Part shown: in pieces, positions 47,195-57,719 of the stretch | How the letters are laid out: each line of letters begins with the position of its first letter | Numbering within the stretch: position 1 is the first letter of the stretch | Assembly (NCBI GenBank): GCA_035307585.1 | Contig: DATGHX010000052.1 | Location: forward strand, 2,068-66,067 | Length of the DNA: 64,000 bases | Direction: 5' to 3' | From: Candidatus Angelobacter sp. | GTDB taxonomy: Bacteria; Acidobacteriota; Terriglobia; Terriglobales; Acidobacteriaceae | Program-made: the position numbers and the translations under genes | Notes under the pieces: generated by a model | The model's database searches: none | Told to the model about the DNA's origin: nothing | Seen by the model: the letters and a program-made list of their open reading frames with translations, nothing else

Positions 47195-47530
47195 ATGTCC
47201 AAAGCAAAGAAAGATCAGCTTTCAGGAACGCTCGATCTCCTGATCCTGAAGACGCTGGCCCAGGCCGGAGCTACACACGGCTACGGGATCGTGCTCTATA
47301 TCCAGCGCGTCACTGGCGACCTGCTGCGCGTGGAAGAAGGCTCTTTGTATCCGGCGTTACACCGCATCGAGCACGCCGGCTGGATCAGTTCCGAGTGGCG
47401 GACTTCGAAAAACAATCGCCGGGCAAAGTATTACCGGCTGACGGCCGCCGGACGCATACAACTGGAACGGGAACAGGAAAGCTGGGACCGCGTAGTGCAG
47501 GGCGTGTCGAGCCTGCTTCGTTTTGCTTGA
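47195..47530 (+). CDS. PadR-family transcriptional regulator
   Basis: LDLLILKTLAQAGATHGYGI...EGSLYPALHRIEHAGWI...RRAKYYRLTAAGR. Confidence 0.9.
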   Translation: MSKAKKDQLSGTLDLLILKTLAQAGATHGYGIVLYIQRVTGDLLRVEEGSLYPALHRIEHAGWISSEWRTSKNNRRAKYYRLTAAGRIQLEREQESWDRVVQGVSSLLRFA

Positions 47531-47570
47531 GAAACCGATCTCCTGAAGTTAAACGAGCGGAGAACGGAGG

Positions 47571-50243
47571 TTGAAGCGCATGTGGTCGTTTATCCGCCGG
47601 CTGGGTTCCATGGCGCGGCAGCGCAAGCTGGATCGCGATCTTCAGGGCGAGATGCGCGCTCATCTTGAAATGCGCGCCGAAGACAGCGTAGCCGAAGGCA
47701 TGGGAGAAGAAGAAGCCCGCCGCGACGCGCTGTTGCGCTTCGGCAATCCCGCGCTGGTGGAGGAGTCGACGCGCGCCGAGAACATTCTGTTGTGGCTGGA
47801 GACAGTAGCGCAGGACCTGCGCTACTCTTTGCGCGTGATGCGCAAGAAGCCCGGCTTCAGCGTGATGGCGATCCTGATTGTGGCCGTCGGCATCGGCGCC
47901 GGAGCTACGTTGTTCAGTATCACCGATACCGCGCTGCGCACCGGGATCTACGGCCCCATCAGCGACCGCTGGGTGATGATGCGCGCGTTTTTTCCCGAGC
48001 GGAACCAAAGAGTCTTCACGTTTACCGTTCCTGAGTATCTCGAAGTTCGCAGCCAGGGCCAGATTTTCGAAAAAGCAGCTTTTGTGGGCGGGCAGGTCTG
48101 CAACTTGTTCGTCGGACAGGCGCCGGAATTGGTGGAGTGCACCCACATCACTGCCGACGCCATTCCCATGACCGGAGTGCGCCCACTGCTAGGCAGGTAT
48201 ATCCGGCCTGACGAAGACGTGCCGGGGGGCGCCAAGGTAGCGGTGCTGCGGTATGAACTGTGGCAGCAGCGTTTCCGCGGCGATTCCCGCGTGCTGGGGA
48301 CAACCATAAAGATCGATGGCGAGGCGCACACCGTGATCGCCGTCATGCCGCAAGGTTTCGATTTGTGGGGCGGCAACATCTGGGTTCCGTTCCAGTTGCG
48401 CACAGGCGGGACCAACGCTGACAGCCGCCGCGCGCGCATCGTGGCGCTGATGCGCAAAGGCTTGACCGAGGAGCAAGTCAATTCCCGGCTGGTGGATCTG
48501 ACCCAGCGCATGGCTCGCGACTATGCCGCCACCAACCCCGAGTACCGCGGCATGACCTTCACGGTTTGGAATATCCATCAAGCGGTCGTGGGCTTCGTAA
48601 AGCCGGCTTTGATGATTCTGCTGGCCGCAGTCGGCCTGCTGATTCTGGTTTCGTGCGCCAATCTGGGAAGCCTGCTGTTGTCGCGGGCAAGCACCCGCCG
48701 GCGCGAGATGGCGGTACGCGCGGCCCTGGGAGCGCGTCGCCTGCGCCTGTTGCGGCAAGTGATTGTGGAAAGTCTTACGCTGTCGATCGTCGGCGGCGCT
48801 CTTGGAGTGTTGCTGGCCATATGGGGCGTGCCTCTTGCGGGATCGCTGGTTCCGCAGCTTCCCAATTTTGCCCAGGCAAGGCTGACCATTTCGGCGCTTG
48901 CGGCGGCGCTGGGCATCGCGATTGTGATGGGAATTCTTTTTGGAATTGCTCCGGCCTTTTACGGAGCCAGCGCCAATCTCATGGAAGCCTTCAAGGAAGG
49001 AAGCGGCCAGGCGGGGGTGGCCGGCGCCAGCCATGGCGTTCGCAATGGCCTGGTGATCGCAGAGATTGCGCTTTCATTCGTGATCCTGGCCAGCGCGGTG
49101 CTGATGATCCACACCTACTGGCAGCTTACACGGCTCGATATCGGCTATCGCACGCACGATTTGCAGACCATGGAGGTCACGCTGCCCGACAGCAACTATC
49201 CTCGTCCGGCCGATCTCACTCAATTTTTCCACCAGCTGACGCCCAGGGTGTCTGCGCTGCCCGGAGTGCAGGGCGCCGCACTGGTGACCGGCCATCCGCT
49301 GATGGACCGCATTGTGGACTCGGCCACGCAGAATTTTGAGCTGGATGGCCGGCAGGGACAGAAAGACACGGCCAACGCCAACATTCGCGTGATCACGCCG
49401 GATTACTTCCAGGTGACGGGCACGCGGCTCTTAAGCGGGCGCTATTTCAGCGAGCAGGACGATGCCGACCATCCTGCTGTCGCCATCATTAATAAGACCA
49501 TGGCGCATCTGTTCTGGCCGAAGGGGAGCCCGCTGGGGCAGCGCATCCACCTTGGCGCTCACACCGGGCAGGCGATGGAGATGGCGGAACCCAACCTGTG
49601 GGTGACGATTGTCGGGGTGGTCGACGATGCCAAGCAGCTGGACGTCATCGACGCGCCGGTGCGCCAGGAAATGTTCTTCCCCATGCTGCAGCGCGGCGCG
49701 CTTCGCGGCATGACGTTGATGATCCGCTCCCGGCTGGACCAGGCCACGCTTGCCGATGCCGTGCGCCACGCGGTGCTGAGCCTCGATCCCGAGCTGCCGA
49801 TTCACGAAGTCTTCACCATGGAGCAGCTGGTTTCCTTTTCTTTTGGACCCAAGCGCCTGACCACGGTATTGCTGGCATTTTTCGCCGTAGCCGGGCTTAC
49901 CCTGGTGATCGTGGGCCTTTACGCGGTGATGGCCTTCTCGGTAACCCAACGCACGCGCGAGATCGGCGTGCGCATGGCGCTGGGCGCGCGGCGCGCCAGC
50001 ATTCTCAGAATGTTCCTGCGGCAGGGACTGCGCCTGGGGGCTGCCGGTATGGCCATAGGGCTCATCGCCAGCCTGGGGGCGACGCGGGTGCTGCGCAGCC
50101 TGTTCATCAACATCGATCCGGTTGATTCTCTGACCCTCGCGCTGGCCTGCGCCGGACTGGCGGCGATCATCGCGGCCGCCAGCTATGTTCCCGCCCTGCG
50201 CGCGACCAAGGTCGATCCCATGATCGCGCTGCGCCAGGAATAA
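47571..50243 (+). CDS. ADOP-family duplicated FtsX/MacB-type permease (PadR-associated)
   Basis: N-terminal helical extension RDLQGEMRAHLEMRAED, then QDLRYSLRVMRKKPGFS and two FtsX modules, ending DPMIALRQE. The start may be the ATG at 47580. Confidence 0.85.
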   Translation: MKRMWSFIRRLGSMARQRKLDRDLQGEMRAHLEMRAEDSVAEGMGEEEARRDALLRFGNPALVEESTRAENILLWLETVAQDLRYSLRVMRKKPGFSVMAILIVAVGIGAGATLFSITDTALRTGIYGPISDRWVMMRAFFPERNQRVFTFTVPEYLEVRSQGQIFEKAAFVGGQVCNLFVGQAPELVECTHITADAIPMTGVRPLLGRYIRPDEDVPGGAKVAVLRYELWQQRFRGDSRVLGTTIKIDGEAHTVIAVMPQGFDLWGGNIWVPFQLRTGGTNADSRRARIVALMRKGLTEEQVNSRLVDLTQRMARDYAATNPEYRGMTFTVWNIHQAVVGFVKPALMILLAAVGLLILVSCANLGSLLLSRASTRRREMAVRAALGARRLRLLRQVIVESLTLSIVGGALGVLLAIWGVPLAGSLVPQLPNFAQARLTISALAAALGIAIVMGILFGIAPAFYGASANLMEAFKEGSGQAGVAGASHGVRNGLVIAEIALSFVILASAVLMIHTYWQLTRLDIGYRTHDLQTMEVTLPDSNYPRPADLTQFFHQLTPRVSALPGVQGAALVTGHPLMDRIVDSATQNFELDGRQGQKDTANANIRVITPDYFQVTGTRLLSGRYFSEQDDADHPAVAIINKTMAHLFWPKGSPLGQRIHLGAHTGQAMEMAEPNLWVTIVGVVDDAKQLDVIDAPVRQEMFFPMLQRGALRGMTLMIRSRLDQATLADAVRHAVLSLDPELPIHEVFTMEQLVSFSFGPKRLTTVLLAFFAVAGLTLVIVGLYAVMAFSVTQRTREIGVRMALGARRASILRMFLRQGLRLGAAGMAIGLIASLGATRVLRSLFINIDPVDSLTLALACAGLAAIIAAASYVPALRATKVDPMIALRQE

Positions 50244-50675
50244 GGCCTCTAAGCTGTCTTCTTGAGGGCAATCGCAGCGGGCTCGGTGCGAAATCGCTTC
50301 ACCGCAAATATTGTTACCACTACCAAGATTGCCAGAACCGCAAGCTGAGCGATAGCAAACGGCGGCTCTTTTTGCATGGGAGCAAGCGCGTGAAGGGCGG
50401 GAACTTTCAGGAAGCTCTGCACCACCAGGAAGAAGACGTTGAAGTAAAGCCCTAGCGAGGCGGTGACAACATAGATCCAGCACTAGCCACCGGAAAGATG
50501 TAAGGTGTAGCGCCACTGCTGTCGTGATCAGCGACCAGGAGCGGCGCCAACAGCGGGCGAAGCCCGGCGTATCAAACCCAATGGCAGCACGAGATGGATT
50601 TGCAACTGGCGCGAGCCTACGCCGGCGACAGAAAGATCGTCGACCGCCTCACCGTCCAACAATTCCCGCGGCTTC

Positions 50676-52103
50676 CTACTGCGTGCCGGAGCGCTTCTCC
50701 GGGAGTTCGTAGACGGCAACGGATTTCACGTTCACAAACTCGCGGATTCCGTGGTGGCTCAGCTCGCGGCCGTAACCGGATTGTTTTACGCCGCCGAAGG
50801 GGATTCGCGGGTCGGAAGCCACCATGGCGTTGACGAAGGCCAGCCCCGACTGAATTTCACTGATGAACATTTCGCGCTCCACCGGGTCATTGGTCCAGGC
50901 GCACGCACCCAGTCCGAACTTTGAATCGTTGGCGATGCGGATGGCGTCGCGCATGCCGTTGGCGCGAAACAGGGAAGCGACCGGTCCGAACATCTCGTCG
51001 TCCCAGGCTGGAGAGCCGGGGGGGATGCCGGCCAGCACGGTGGGCTCGAAAAAGTTTCCTTTGCGATCGGCGCGTTTGCCGCCGGTCAAAACGTGGGCGC
51101 CCATGGCGACGGTGGTCTTCACCTGCTCCTCCAGAGCGCGCAGGCCGTCAGCGGTGGCCAGAGGGCCCACATCGGTTGCAGGCTCCATGGGATCGCCCAG
51201 CTTGAGCGATTTCACCCGCTCCACAAATTTCTGTTCGAAGCGGTCGGCGATGCCGCGGTCGACGATGAATCGCTTGGCGGCGATGCAGGATTGCCCGTTG
51301 TTAATGATCCGGGCCTGTACCGCGACCTCGACAGCGCGCTCGAGGTTGGCGCTGGGCATGACGATAAAGGGATCGCTGCCGCCCAGTTCAAGCACGGTCT
51401 TCTTGATGGCCTTGCCCGCGGCTTCAGCCACGCTGCTGCCGGCGCCGACGCTGCCGGTAAGCGTGACTGCCGCGATGCGCGGATCGGCAATCAAAGCATT
51501 GACTCGCTTCGAGTCGATGAGCAGAGTCTGAAAGGCGCCGTCAGGGAAGCCGGCGCGGCGAAAGACATCTTCGATTGCCAGAGCGCACTGCGGAACGTTG
51601 GAGGCGTGTTTGAGCAGACCGACATTGCCGGCCATCAGCGCCGGGGCGGCAAAGCGAAATACCTGCCAGAAGGGGAAATTCCACGGCATCACGGCCAGGA
51701 CTACGCCTAATGGCTCGTAGCGCACAAGACTTCGTGAGGCGTTAGTAGTGGCTTCTTCCTGGGCCAGGAAGCGCTCGGCGTTCTCGGCGTAGTATCGACA
51801 CCCGAAAGCGCACTTCTCCGCTTCCTGCACGGCTGACACCAAGGTCTTGCCCATTTCCTGAGTCATCAGACGTCCCAGTGCGATCTTTTCTTTGTCCAGG
51901 ATCTCGGCGGCTTTCAGCATCATGCGGCTGCGATCCGCAAAGCCGACGCCGCGGAACCTTGCGAAGGTCTCGACCGAGAGCTGAAGCTTCTTCTCGACCT
52001 GCTCGTCGGAGTGTTGCTCGAATTCACGCAGGAGGTCGCCGGTCAGCGGACTGATGCTGGAGAGCGTGCGCTTGCGGAGCTGAATAACGTTTTCCGTGGC
52101 CAT
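50676..52103 (-). CDS. NAD(P)-dependent succinate-semialdehyde dehydrogenase (ALDH family)
   Basis: Carries the ALDH Glu motif KKTVLELGGSDP and catalytic Cys NNGQSCIAAKR. Start set at Met14 (MATENV...). Confidence 0.8.
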   Translation of the reverse strand: MATENVIQLRKRTLSSISPLTGDLLREFEQHSDEQVEKKLQLSVETFARFRGVGFADRSRMMLKAAEILDKEKIALGRLMTQEMGKTLVSAVQEAEKCAFGCRYYAENAERFLAQEEATTNASRSLVRYEPLGVVLAVMPWNFPFWQVFRFAAPALMAGNVGLLKHASNVPQCALAIEDVFRRAGFPDGAFQTLLIDSKRVNALIADPRIAAVTLTGSVGAGSSVAEAAGKAIKKTVLELGGSDPFIVMPSANLERAVEVAVQARIINNGQSCIAAKRFIVDRGIADRFEQKFVERVKSLKLGDPMEPATDVGPLATADGLRALEEQVKTTVAMGAHVLTGGKRADRKGNFFEPTVLAGIPPGSPAWDDEMFGPVASLFRANGMRDAIRIANDSKFGLGACAWTNDPVEREMFISEIQSGLAFVNAMVASDPRIPFGGVKQSGYGRELSHHGIREFVNVKSVAVYELPEKRSGTQ

Positions 52104-52207
52104 GATTTCACCTTCCGGAACTGCGAGGTGGGACGTTGACAAGTTCCTATTTTGACTTGGATGCGGCTGCGGCGTCCATTGCCAGACAATGTGCGAATTC
52201 TCTGGCT

Positions 52208-54676
52208 CTACTCGCTTCGGAGCGCCGCGAGAGGATCAACGCTGAGAGCCTTACGGGCCGGAACGTAGGAAGCCCCCATCGAGACCAGGAAGAGCAGTGT
52301 TGCGGCCCCCATCAGCGTTGCCGGATCGCTGGTGCTGATCCCATATAGCATGCTTGCCAGCAATCGGGCGACAACCAGTGATGCGCCGGCCCCGATGGTC
52401 AGGCCGAGTAATGCCAGCCGCCCTGCCTGGTTGATGACCAGCAGCAGGATGCTTCCCGCATTCGCGCCCATGGCGCGGCGAATGGCGATCTCTTGCCTTC
52501 GCAGCCCAACCAGGTAGGAGACCACGCCGTAAGTTCCAAGGGCTGAGAGAAGCAGCGCCAGAGCTGCAAACACGCCCAAAAGCATCATCGCGAATCGACG
52601 ACTCGCGAGCCAGCTCTTGACGATGCCCTCCATGGTGCGGACCTCAAACATCGCCAGACCGTTATCGAGTTGCCCGGCCTCTTCCTGGATTGCGGCGAGG
52701 AATCCGGCCGGATCAGATTTCGTGCGAACCACCACGGTGGCGCCGCCTGAGATTCCCAGCGGCAAGTACTTGTCCGCCAGCTGCGAGTAAGGAAAGTACA
52801 TCTGCCGGTTCACGAAAGCTGGGGGATCGGCGCCCAGGTTCCAGTGATTTACGTGCCCGACCACACCCACAATTTCCGACGTTCCGGTGAAGCCGATGGT
52901 GATGCGCTTGCCGATGGGGTCCTTGCCGGGAAACATGCTGCGCGCGAACGCCTCGTCGACGATCGCCACCTGCGGGGCTTTTTCATCATCGTTGATGGTG
53001 AACCCGCGGCCGCGTTTCAAAGAGATTCCCATGGCGCGAAAGTAGTTCGGACTCACGAAGTACCAGATAGCCGCGGGCTGCTTCTTCTCGTTCGGGTCGA
53101 CTGCCCGGCCTTCCACCCGGACGGGAACCGCATCGGCCATACCGGTCAGGGGCAGAGGGTCCAGGATCATGGAGGCGGAATCGATGCCCGACAAACTCTC
53201 CACTCTCCGCGTCAGATCGCGGAAGAGTCTCCGGATTTTTTCGGGGTCGCTGGCGATCGAGGGAGAAGGAGTCACATCAAAAACCAGCACCCTGCGCTGG
53301 TCAAAGCCAGGATCGACGCCCCAGAGCTTGACCAGGCTTCGTATCATCAATCCCGCGGCCACCAGGAGCACGAGAGCGAGCGCGACCTCGAAGACTACAA
53401 GCACGCGCCGCGCCGGGGCGCGTTCCCCGATTCCTCCACGACCGCCCTGCTTGAGCGTCTCGCTCAGGTTCAGTCTGCGGATCCCCCTCGCCGGCGCGAC
53501 ACCAAATAGGATTCCCGCCACCACAGCGAGAAGCAGTGTGAACGAAACCACCGGGCCGTTGATCCCGATGGAGTCCGGCCGCGGAATCTCAGCAGGGGCA
53601 AGAATTAATGCAATCCGCGTGAGCCCTGAAGCCACCAGGAGTCCCAAAATTCCTCCGCCCAGCGCCAGCGGCAGGTTCTCCATCAGCAAATACGCGGCTA
53701 TGCGCATCGGAGAAGCTCCAAGGGCGGCCCTGGTGGCGTATTCGCGGAGAAGCCCGCTCGATCGGACCAACAGCAGGTTGCCCACGTTGGTACAGGCAAT
53801 GAGCAGCACGAACATCACCGCCATTTGCAGAACCAGCAGCATTGATTCCGATCCCCGCACGACTACCTTTTTGAGCGGAACAAGGTTGATGCCGATATCG
53901 CGATTGGCTTCAGGATAGGCGGTGGCCAGGTTCGCAGCGAGTTGCGCTGCGTCAGCCTGCGCCGAAGCCTCCGAGCTTGCTGCCTTCAGGCGGCCAACCA
54001 CGTATAGTCCCATGGTCACTTTGCGTTCGCGAATGCTTGGATCCCGCCACTGGCCGACGGGCACATAGACCTCGGCCGGTCCCATCCTGATCTTGAGCGT
54101 CTGCAGAGTCTGCGGCGCGACTCCGACAATAGTGTAGGCGGAGCCGTTCAGCTCCAGCGCTCGCCCAAGTACCTGCGGGCTTCCCTCGTATCTCTTTCGC
54201 CACAAGCTCTCACTGATCAGCGCTACACCTGCGGCGCCAAGGTGATCGTCTTCCGCTCCGAACTCATGGCCGATCACGGGGCTTACTCCCAGGGTGGAAA
54301 GAAATCCGGCGGAAAGCATGGCGGCGTGAAGTCTCTCCGGACGTCCTTCGCCGGTCAAAACGAGATTGTCTTTTCGAAAAGCCGCGATCCCGGAAAAAGC
54401 ATGGGCATCACGCGACCAGTCGAGAAAATTCGGATAAGAGACAGACCCTTGCTGCGAAGTCGGGGTCTTTTCATACAACATGTAAAGACGATCGGGCTCC
54501 GCGAAGGGCAGAGGCGCCAGCAGCGCGGCATGAAAAATCGAAAACACTGCGGTATTGGCTCCGATTCCCAGCGCCAGCGTCGTGAGGACGATGGCAGTGA
54601 AAGCCGGACTCCTTCGCAATCCGCGCAGGCCGCAACGCAGGTCCCGCAACAAATGATCAACCGACTCGGTCTTCAT
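52208..54676 (-). CDS. ADOP-family duplicated FtsX/MacB-type permease
   Basis: LRDLRCGLRGLRRSPAFTAIVLTTLALGIGANTAVFS ... VDPLAALRSE. Its ATG overlaps the stop of the upstream decarboxylase gene (ATGA). Confidence 0.85.
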   Translation of the reverse strand: MKTESVDHLLRDLRCGLRGLRRSPAFTAIVLTTLALGIGANTAVFSIFHAALLAPLPFAEPDRLYMLYEKTPTSQQGSVSYPNFLDWSRDAHAFSGIAAFRKDNLVLTGEGRPERLHAAMLSAGFLSTLGVSPVIGHEFGAEDDHLGAAGVALISESLWRKRYEGSPQVLGRALELNGSAYTIVGVAPQTLQTLKIRMGPAEVYVPVGQWRDPSIRERKVTMGLYVVGRLKAASSEASAQADAAQLAANLATAYPEANRDIGINLVPLKKVVVRGSESMLLVLQMAVMFVLLIACTNVGNLLLVRSSGLLREYATRAALGASPMRIAAYLLMENLPLALGGGILGLLVASGLTRIALILAPAEIPRPDSIGINGPVVSFTLLLAVVAGILFGVAPARGIRRLNLSETLKQGGRGGIGERAPARRVLVVFEVALALVLLVAAGLMIRSLVKLWGVDPGFDQRRVLVFDVTPSPSIASDPEKIRRLFRDLTRRVESLSGIDSASMILDPLPLTGMADAVPVRVEGRAVDPNEKKQPAAIWYFVSPNYFRAMGISLKRGRGFTINDDEKAPQVAIVDEAFARSMFPGKDPIGKRITIGFTGTSEIVGVVGHVNHWNLGADPPAFVNRQMYFPYSQLADKYLPLGISGGATVVVRTKSDPAGFLAAIQEEAGQLDNGLAMFEVRTMEGIVKSWLASRRFAMMLLGVFAALALLLSALGTYGVVSYLVGLRRQEIAIRRAMGANAGSILLLVINQAGRLALLGLTIGAGASLVVARLLASMLYGISTSDPATLMGAATLLFLVSMGASYVPARKALSVDPLAALRSE

Positions 54677-56166
54677 GGCCGCGTTTTCTCCGAAATCCGG
54701 CCCTTGGCTTTCGCGCTGACCGAATCAGGTTTAGATTCCCTGAGGACCTCTGCCACCACGTTTACCGATCGCTCCACGTCTTCCTTGCTCGTCTGCCAGT
54801 TGCAGACGCTTATTCGCATCGCGCGCCTGCCGTGCCAGGTGGTGCCGGAGAAGAATGCCTCACCGGTGCCGTTGACCGCTGCGATGACTTGATCGGTGTG
54901 TCGGTCGTGATCTGTGTCGGACGCGCCGCGTTGCGGATCGAGGAAGCGCACAAGTCCCTGATTGAACACAGGCTCCCACAAGAGCTGTGCGCCGGGAAGG
55001 CTGCCGATTCGAGTCGCCAGCGCGTGGGCATGCGCGCAAACGCGGCCGACGAGAGCTGTCACGCCTTCGCGTCCAAGCTGCCGAAGAGCGGCATAGGTAG
55101 GGAAGCCGCGTGCGCGGCGCGACCATTCCGGCGTCCAGTCCATGGGATCGCGAGCGTCACCATTCTGGGTAAGGTACGAAGCTTGCTGGGCCATCGAGCC
55201 GCTGTGGGCCTTGGTATCGCTGACAAACGCATAGCCGCAGTCGAAGGGCACGTTGAGCAGCTTGTGGCCATCGGTGGCCCACGAGTTGGCGAGTTCTACT
55301 CCGCGCACCAGATGCTGGTAGCGCGGGCTCGCGGCCGCCCACAGACCGAACGCACCGTCAACGTGTACCCAGGCGCGATAACGCCTGGCAATGGGGATGA
55401 GTGCAGGGAAATCGTCGAAGGCGCCGATATTAATGTCGCCCGCCTGAAGAAGAACGATGGCCGGGGACGTCGGTTCGGCGGCGAGCGCATCCTGCAGGCT
55501 GTCGGCGCGAAGGAAGTCACGATCATCAGCAGACAGATAAACGATCTGCGAACGCCCCAACCCCACCAGGCGGACAGCGCGCTCGAAGGCGGCATGGCGG
55601 GCAATGCTGGTCAAAACGCGAATGGGCGGCGCTCCGAACAGGCCTTGCTCTTCGACATTCCAGCCGCGCTGCGCCAGCAGAGCGTGGCGCGCCGCTGCCA
55701 GGCAGGTGGCGTGCGCCATCTGGCAACCAGTCACAAACGAAAAGCTGGCGTCGGCGGGAAGGCCAAGAACATCCTTGAGCCAAGCGCCGGCGATCTCTTC
55801 CACGAGCGCGGCTGCAGGCGCGGTGGCGGCAAGCACGGCATTCTGGTCCCACGCCGAGGTCAGCCAGTCGGCTGCCAGGGCGGCGGGCAGCGAGCCGCCG
55901 ATCACCCAGGCAAAGAAGCGTCCTCCGGCCGATCCGAGAAGGCCGCCGGCCACATCGTGAGCAAGCTCGCGGATGACCTGCTCGGCAGACACACCTTGCT
56001 TTTCAAGAGGCCTTGCGATCTGGTCGCGCAGAGACAAACAGCCAGCCGTGGTTGCGACCGAGCTTTGATCAAGACTTGTGAGATGAGTTAGAGCGTGGTT
56101 GAGGGCCGTCTCCAACGCTCCCCGATAGGTTGAGTCTGCATTCTTCACACGTGAAAGCATAGGCAT
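54673..56166 (-). CDS. PLP-dependent (group II) amino-acid decarboxylase family protein
   Basis: HVDGAFGLWAAASP and the PLP-lysine motif SWATDGHKLLNVPFDCG. Confidence 0.8.
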   Translation of the reverse strand: MPMLSRVKNADSTYRGALETALNHALTHLTSLDQSSVATTAGCLSLRDQIARPLEKQGVSAEQVIRELAHDVAGGLLGSAGGRFFAWVIGGSLPAALAADWLTSAWDQNAVLAATAPAAALVEEIAGAWLKDVLGLPADASFSFVTGCQMAHATCLAAARHALLAQRGWNVEEQGLFGAPPIRVLTSIARHAAFERAVRLVGLGRSQIVYLSADDRDFLRADSLQDALAAEPTSPAIVLLQAGDINIGAFDDFPALIPIARRYRAWVHVDGAFGLWAAASPRYQHLVRGVELANSWATDGHKLLNVPFDCGYAFVSDTKAHSGSMAQQASYLTQNGDARDPMDWTPEWSRRARGFPTYAALRQLGREGVTALVGRVCAHAHALATRIGSLPGAQLLWEPVFNQGLVRFLDPQRGASDTDHDRHTDQVIAAVNGTGEAFFSGTTWHGRRAMRISVCNWQTSKEDVERSVNVVAEVLRESKPDSVSAKAKGRISEKTRP

Positions 56167-56938
56167 GCAGCCGTAGCAGAACTATCCGCGCATTGCGGTC
56201 AAATTGTTTTGCTGGCTCGCGAATTGTCACCAGGGATGGAACGTTGAGTTCAGTTTCGTCGACGCACCCTGCAGCAGAAAAACCAGGAGGCCCAAAGGAA
56301 CGGCTTCATCAGCCCGCTCCTCCGGGGTTCAGAGGCTACGCAGGAAGGATTTGGAGGAGAGGAACATGGTTTTCCAGGGGAGGCAGTAGGGGTCTCTTGA
56401 GGGTCTCAGCAAACTGCGTAGATATTGCCGTCTGATTGGTGGGTTCAAGCAAGACCTTTAGCTCCTTTCGGCAAAAGGTGCGGGTTCTCGCTCAGTCCCG
56501 GTGGACCTGATCAGGACCTCGCTGTTTAAATCAGACAGATGCGGAATTGCCGACCAGATTTGGACAGCTTCGATGCGTCAAGAAACGCCAGCAAGGAGGG
56601 GACCGGCGCGCCCAAAAACATAAATCCCCGGGACGCCGTTTAGCTGTCCCAGGGAATCTATCTTGCATATCATTCCGGGTTCGTCCTTAATTTCCGCGCC
56701 GTTTCCCCCAGGTTTTTAATCTGCCGTCGCGGATGGTCCGAAACCCATCGTGATTGGTTTAGGTTGGAAGAAGTATTGAGGTAAGCTGGATTTTGAGATA
56801 TTCGGGGAATTACCTAGACAACTCCGCAAATCCACCTTAGTCCGCAAAGAACTTGATCTGGATTCCCGCCTTCGCCCGGCTGCGGAGGCTCAAAGCCATC
56901 CCGACCATCGGGAATTCTCATCTTAAATTCTGTTAATC

Positions 56939-57568
56939 ATGGGTTCCTGGCTTCATGTCCTCTGCTCCTCGCTCTTCTCGGCCCTGTTCCTGACTTTTTT
57001 TTGCGGCCTTTCCGGCGCCCAGGATCTGCACACGAGCGAAGACGGCACGGCGTCGATCCTGTCCCGTTCGGCGTTTGCTCACGGTTACCGTCACGGCTAC
57101 GAAGAGGGCTACCATTTCGGCAACATCGATGCCAACATGGGCCGGCGAGCCGACGTGAAGAAAAAACATGAAGATGGCCTGGGCTATTCCCCCAAGTTCG
57201 GAACGCGGCAGTCGTTCGAAGAGGGCTTCCACGCCGGTCTCCAGGCCGGCTATTACGATGGCTACGCCGGCAACGATTTTCGCGCGGTTGACGCTGTTCG
57301 CGCGCTGGCCCTCGACCTGGAATCTGCTCCCGCCGGGCCCTCTGGCGACTTCGATCACGGTCTGGGATCGGGCTACCGCGACGGCTTCGATCACAGCCAG
57401 CCCTCTTCTGTTGTTCTGTTTGCCTTACCCGCCTCGCTCGACTTCCTGACCGTAAATTGCTCGTCCACCCACGACATTTTCTGTGAAGGCTACCGCCGCG
57501 GTTTCGCCCTGGGGCGAGCAGATGCCTTAACTCTGCATCGGGAAGACATCCTAGAAGCCAGCAAGTAA
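56939..57568 (+). CDS. secreted protein with repeated GY-x-x-GY/F motifs
   Basis: Signal peptide SALFLTFFCGLSGAQD, then recurring HGYRHGYEEGYHFG, EGFHAGLQAGYYDGYAG, GYRDGF and GYRRGF. Confidence 0.5.
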   Translation: MGSWLHVLCSSLFSALFLTFFCGLSGAQDLHTSEDGTASILSRSAFAHGYRHGYEEGYHFGNIDANMGRRADVKKKHEDGLGYSPKFGTRQSFEEGFHAGLQAGYYDGYAGNDFRAVDAVRALALDLESAPAGPSGDFDHGLGSGYRDGFDHSQPSSVVLFALPASLDFLTVNCSSTHDIFCEGYRRGFALGRADALTLHREDILEASK

Positions 57569-57719
57569 ACCCTGAGTACCTCGCAAAATCTTGCACACGG
57601 CCAGCAGGACATGTACTCTGCTTGAGAATGGGCAGGTTCTGAAGTCCATCGCACTTTCAGGTCGAGTCACGACAATGTCGCATACAATTTCGGATGTTCG
57701 ACGCCAGGAAGGAGTTCTA

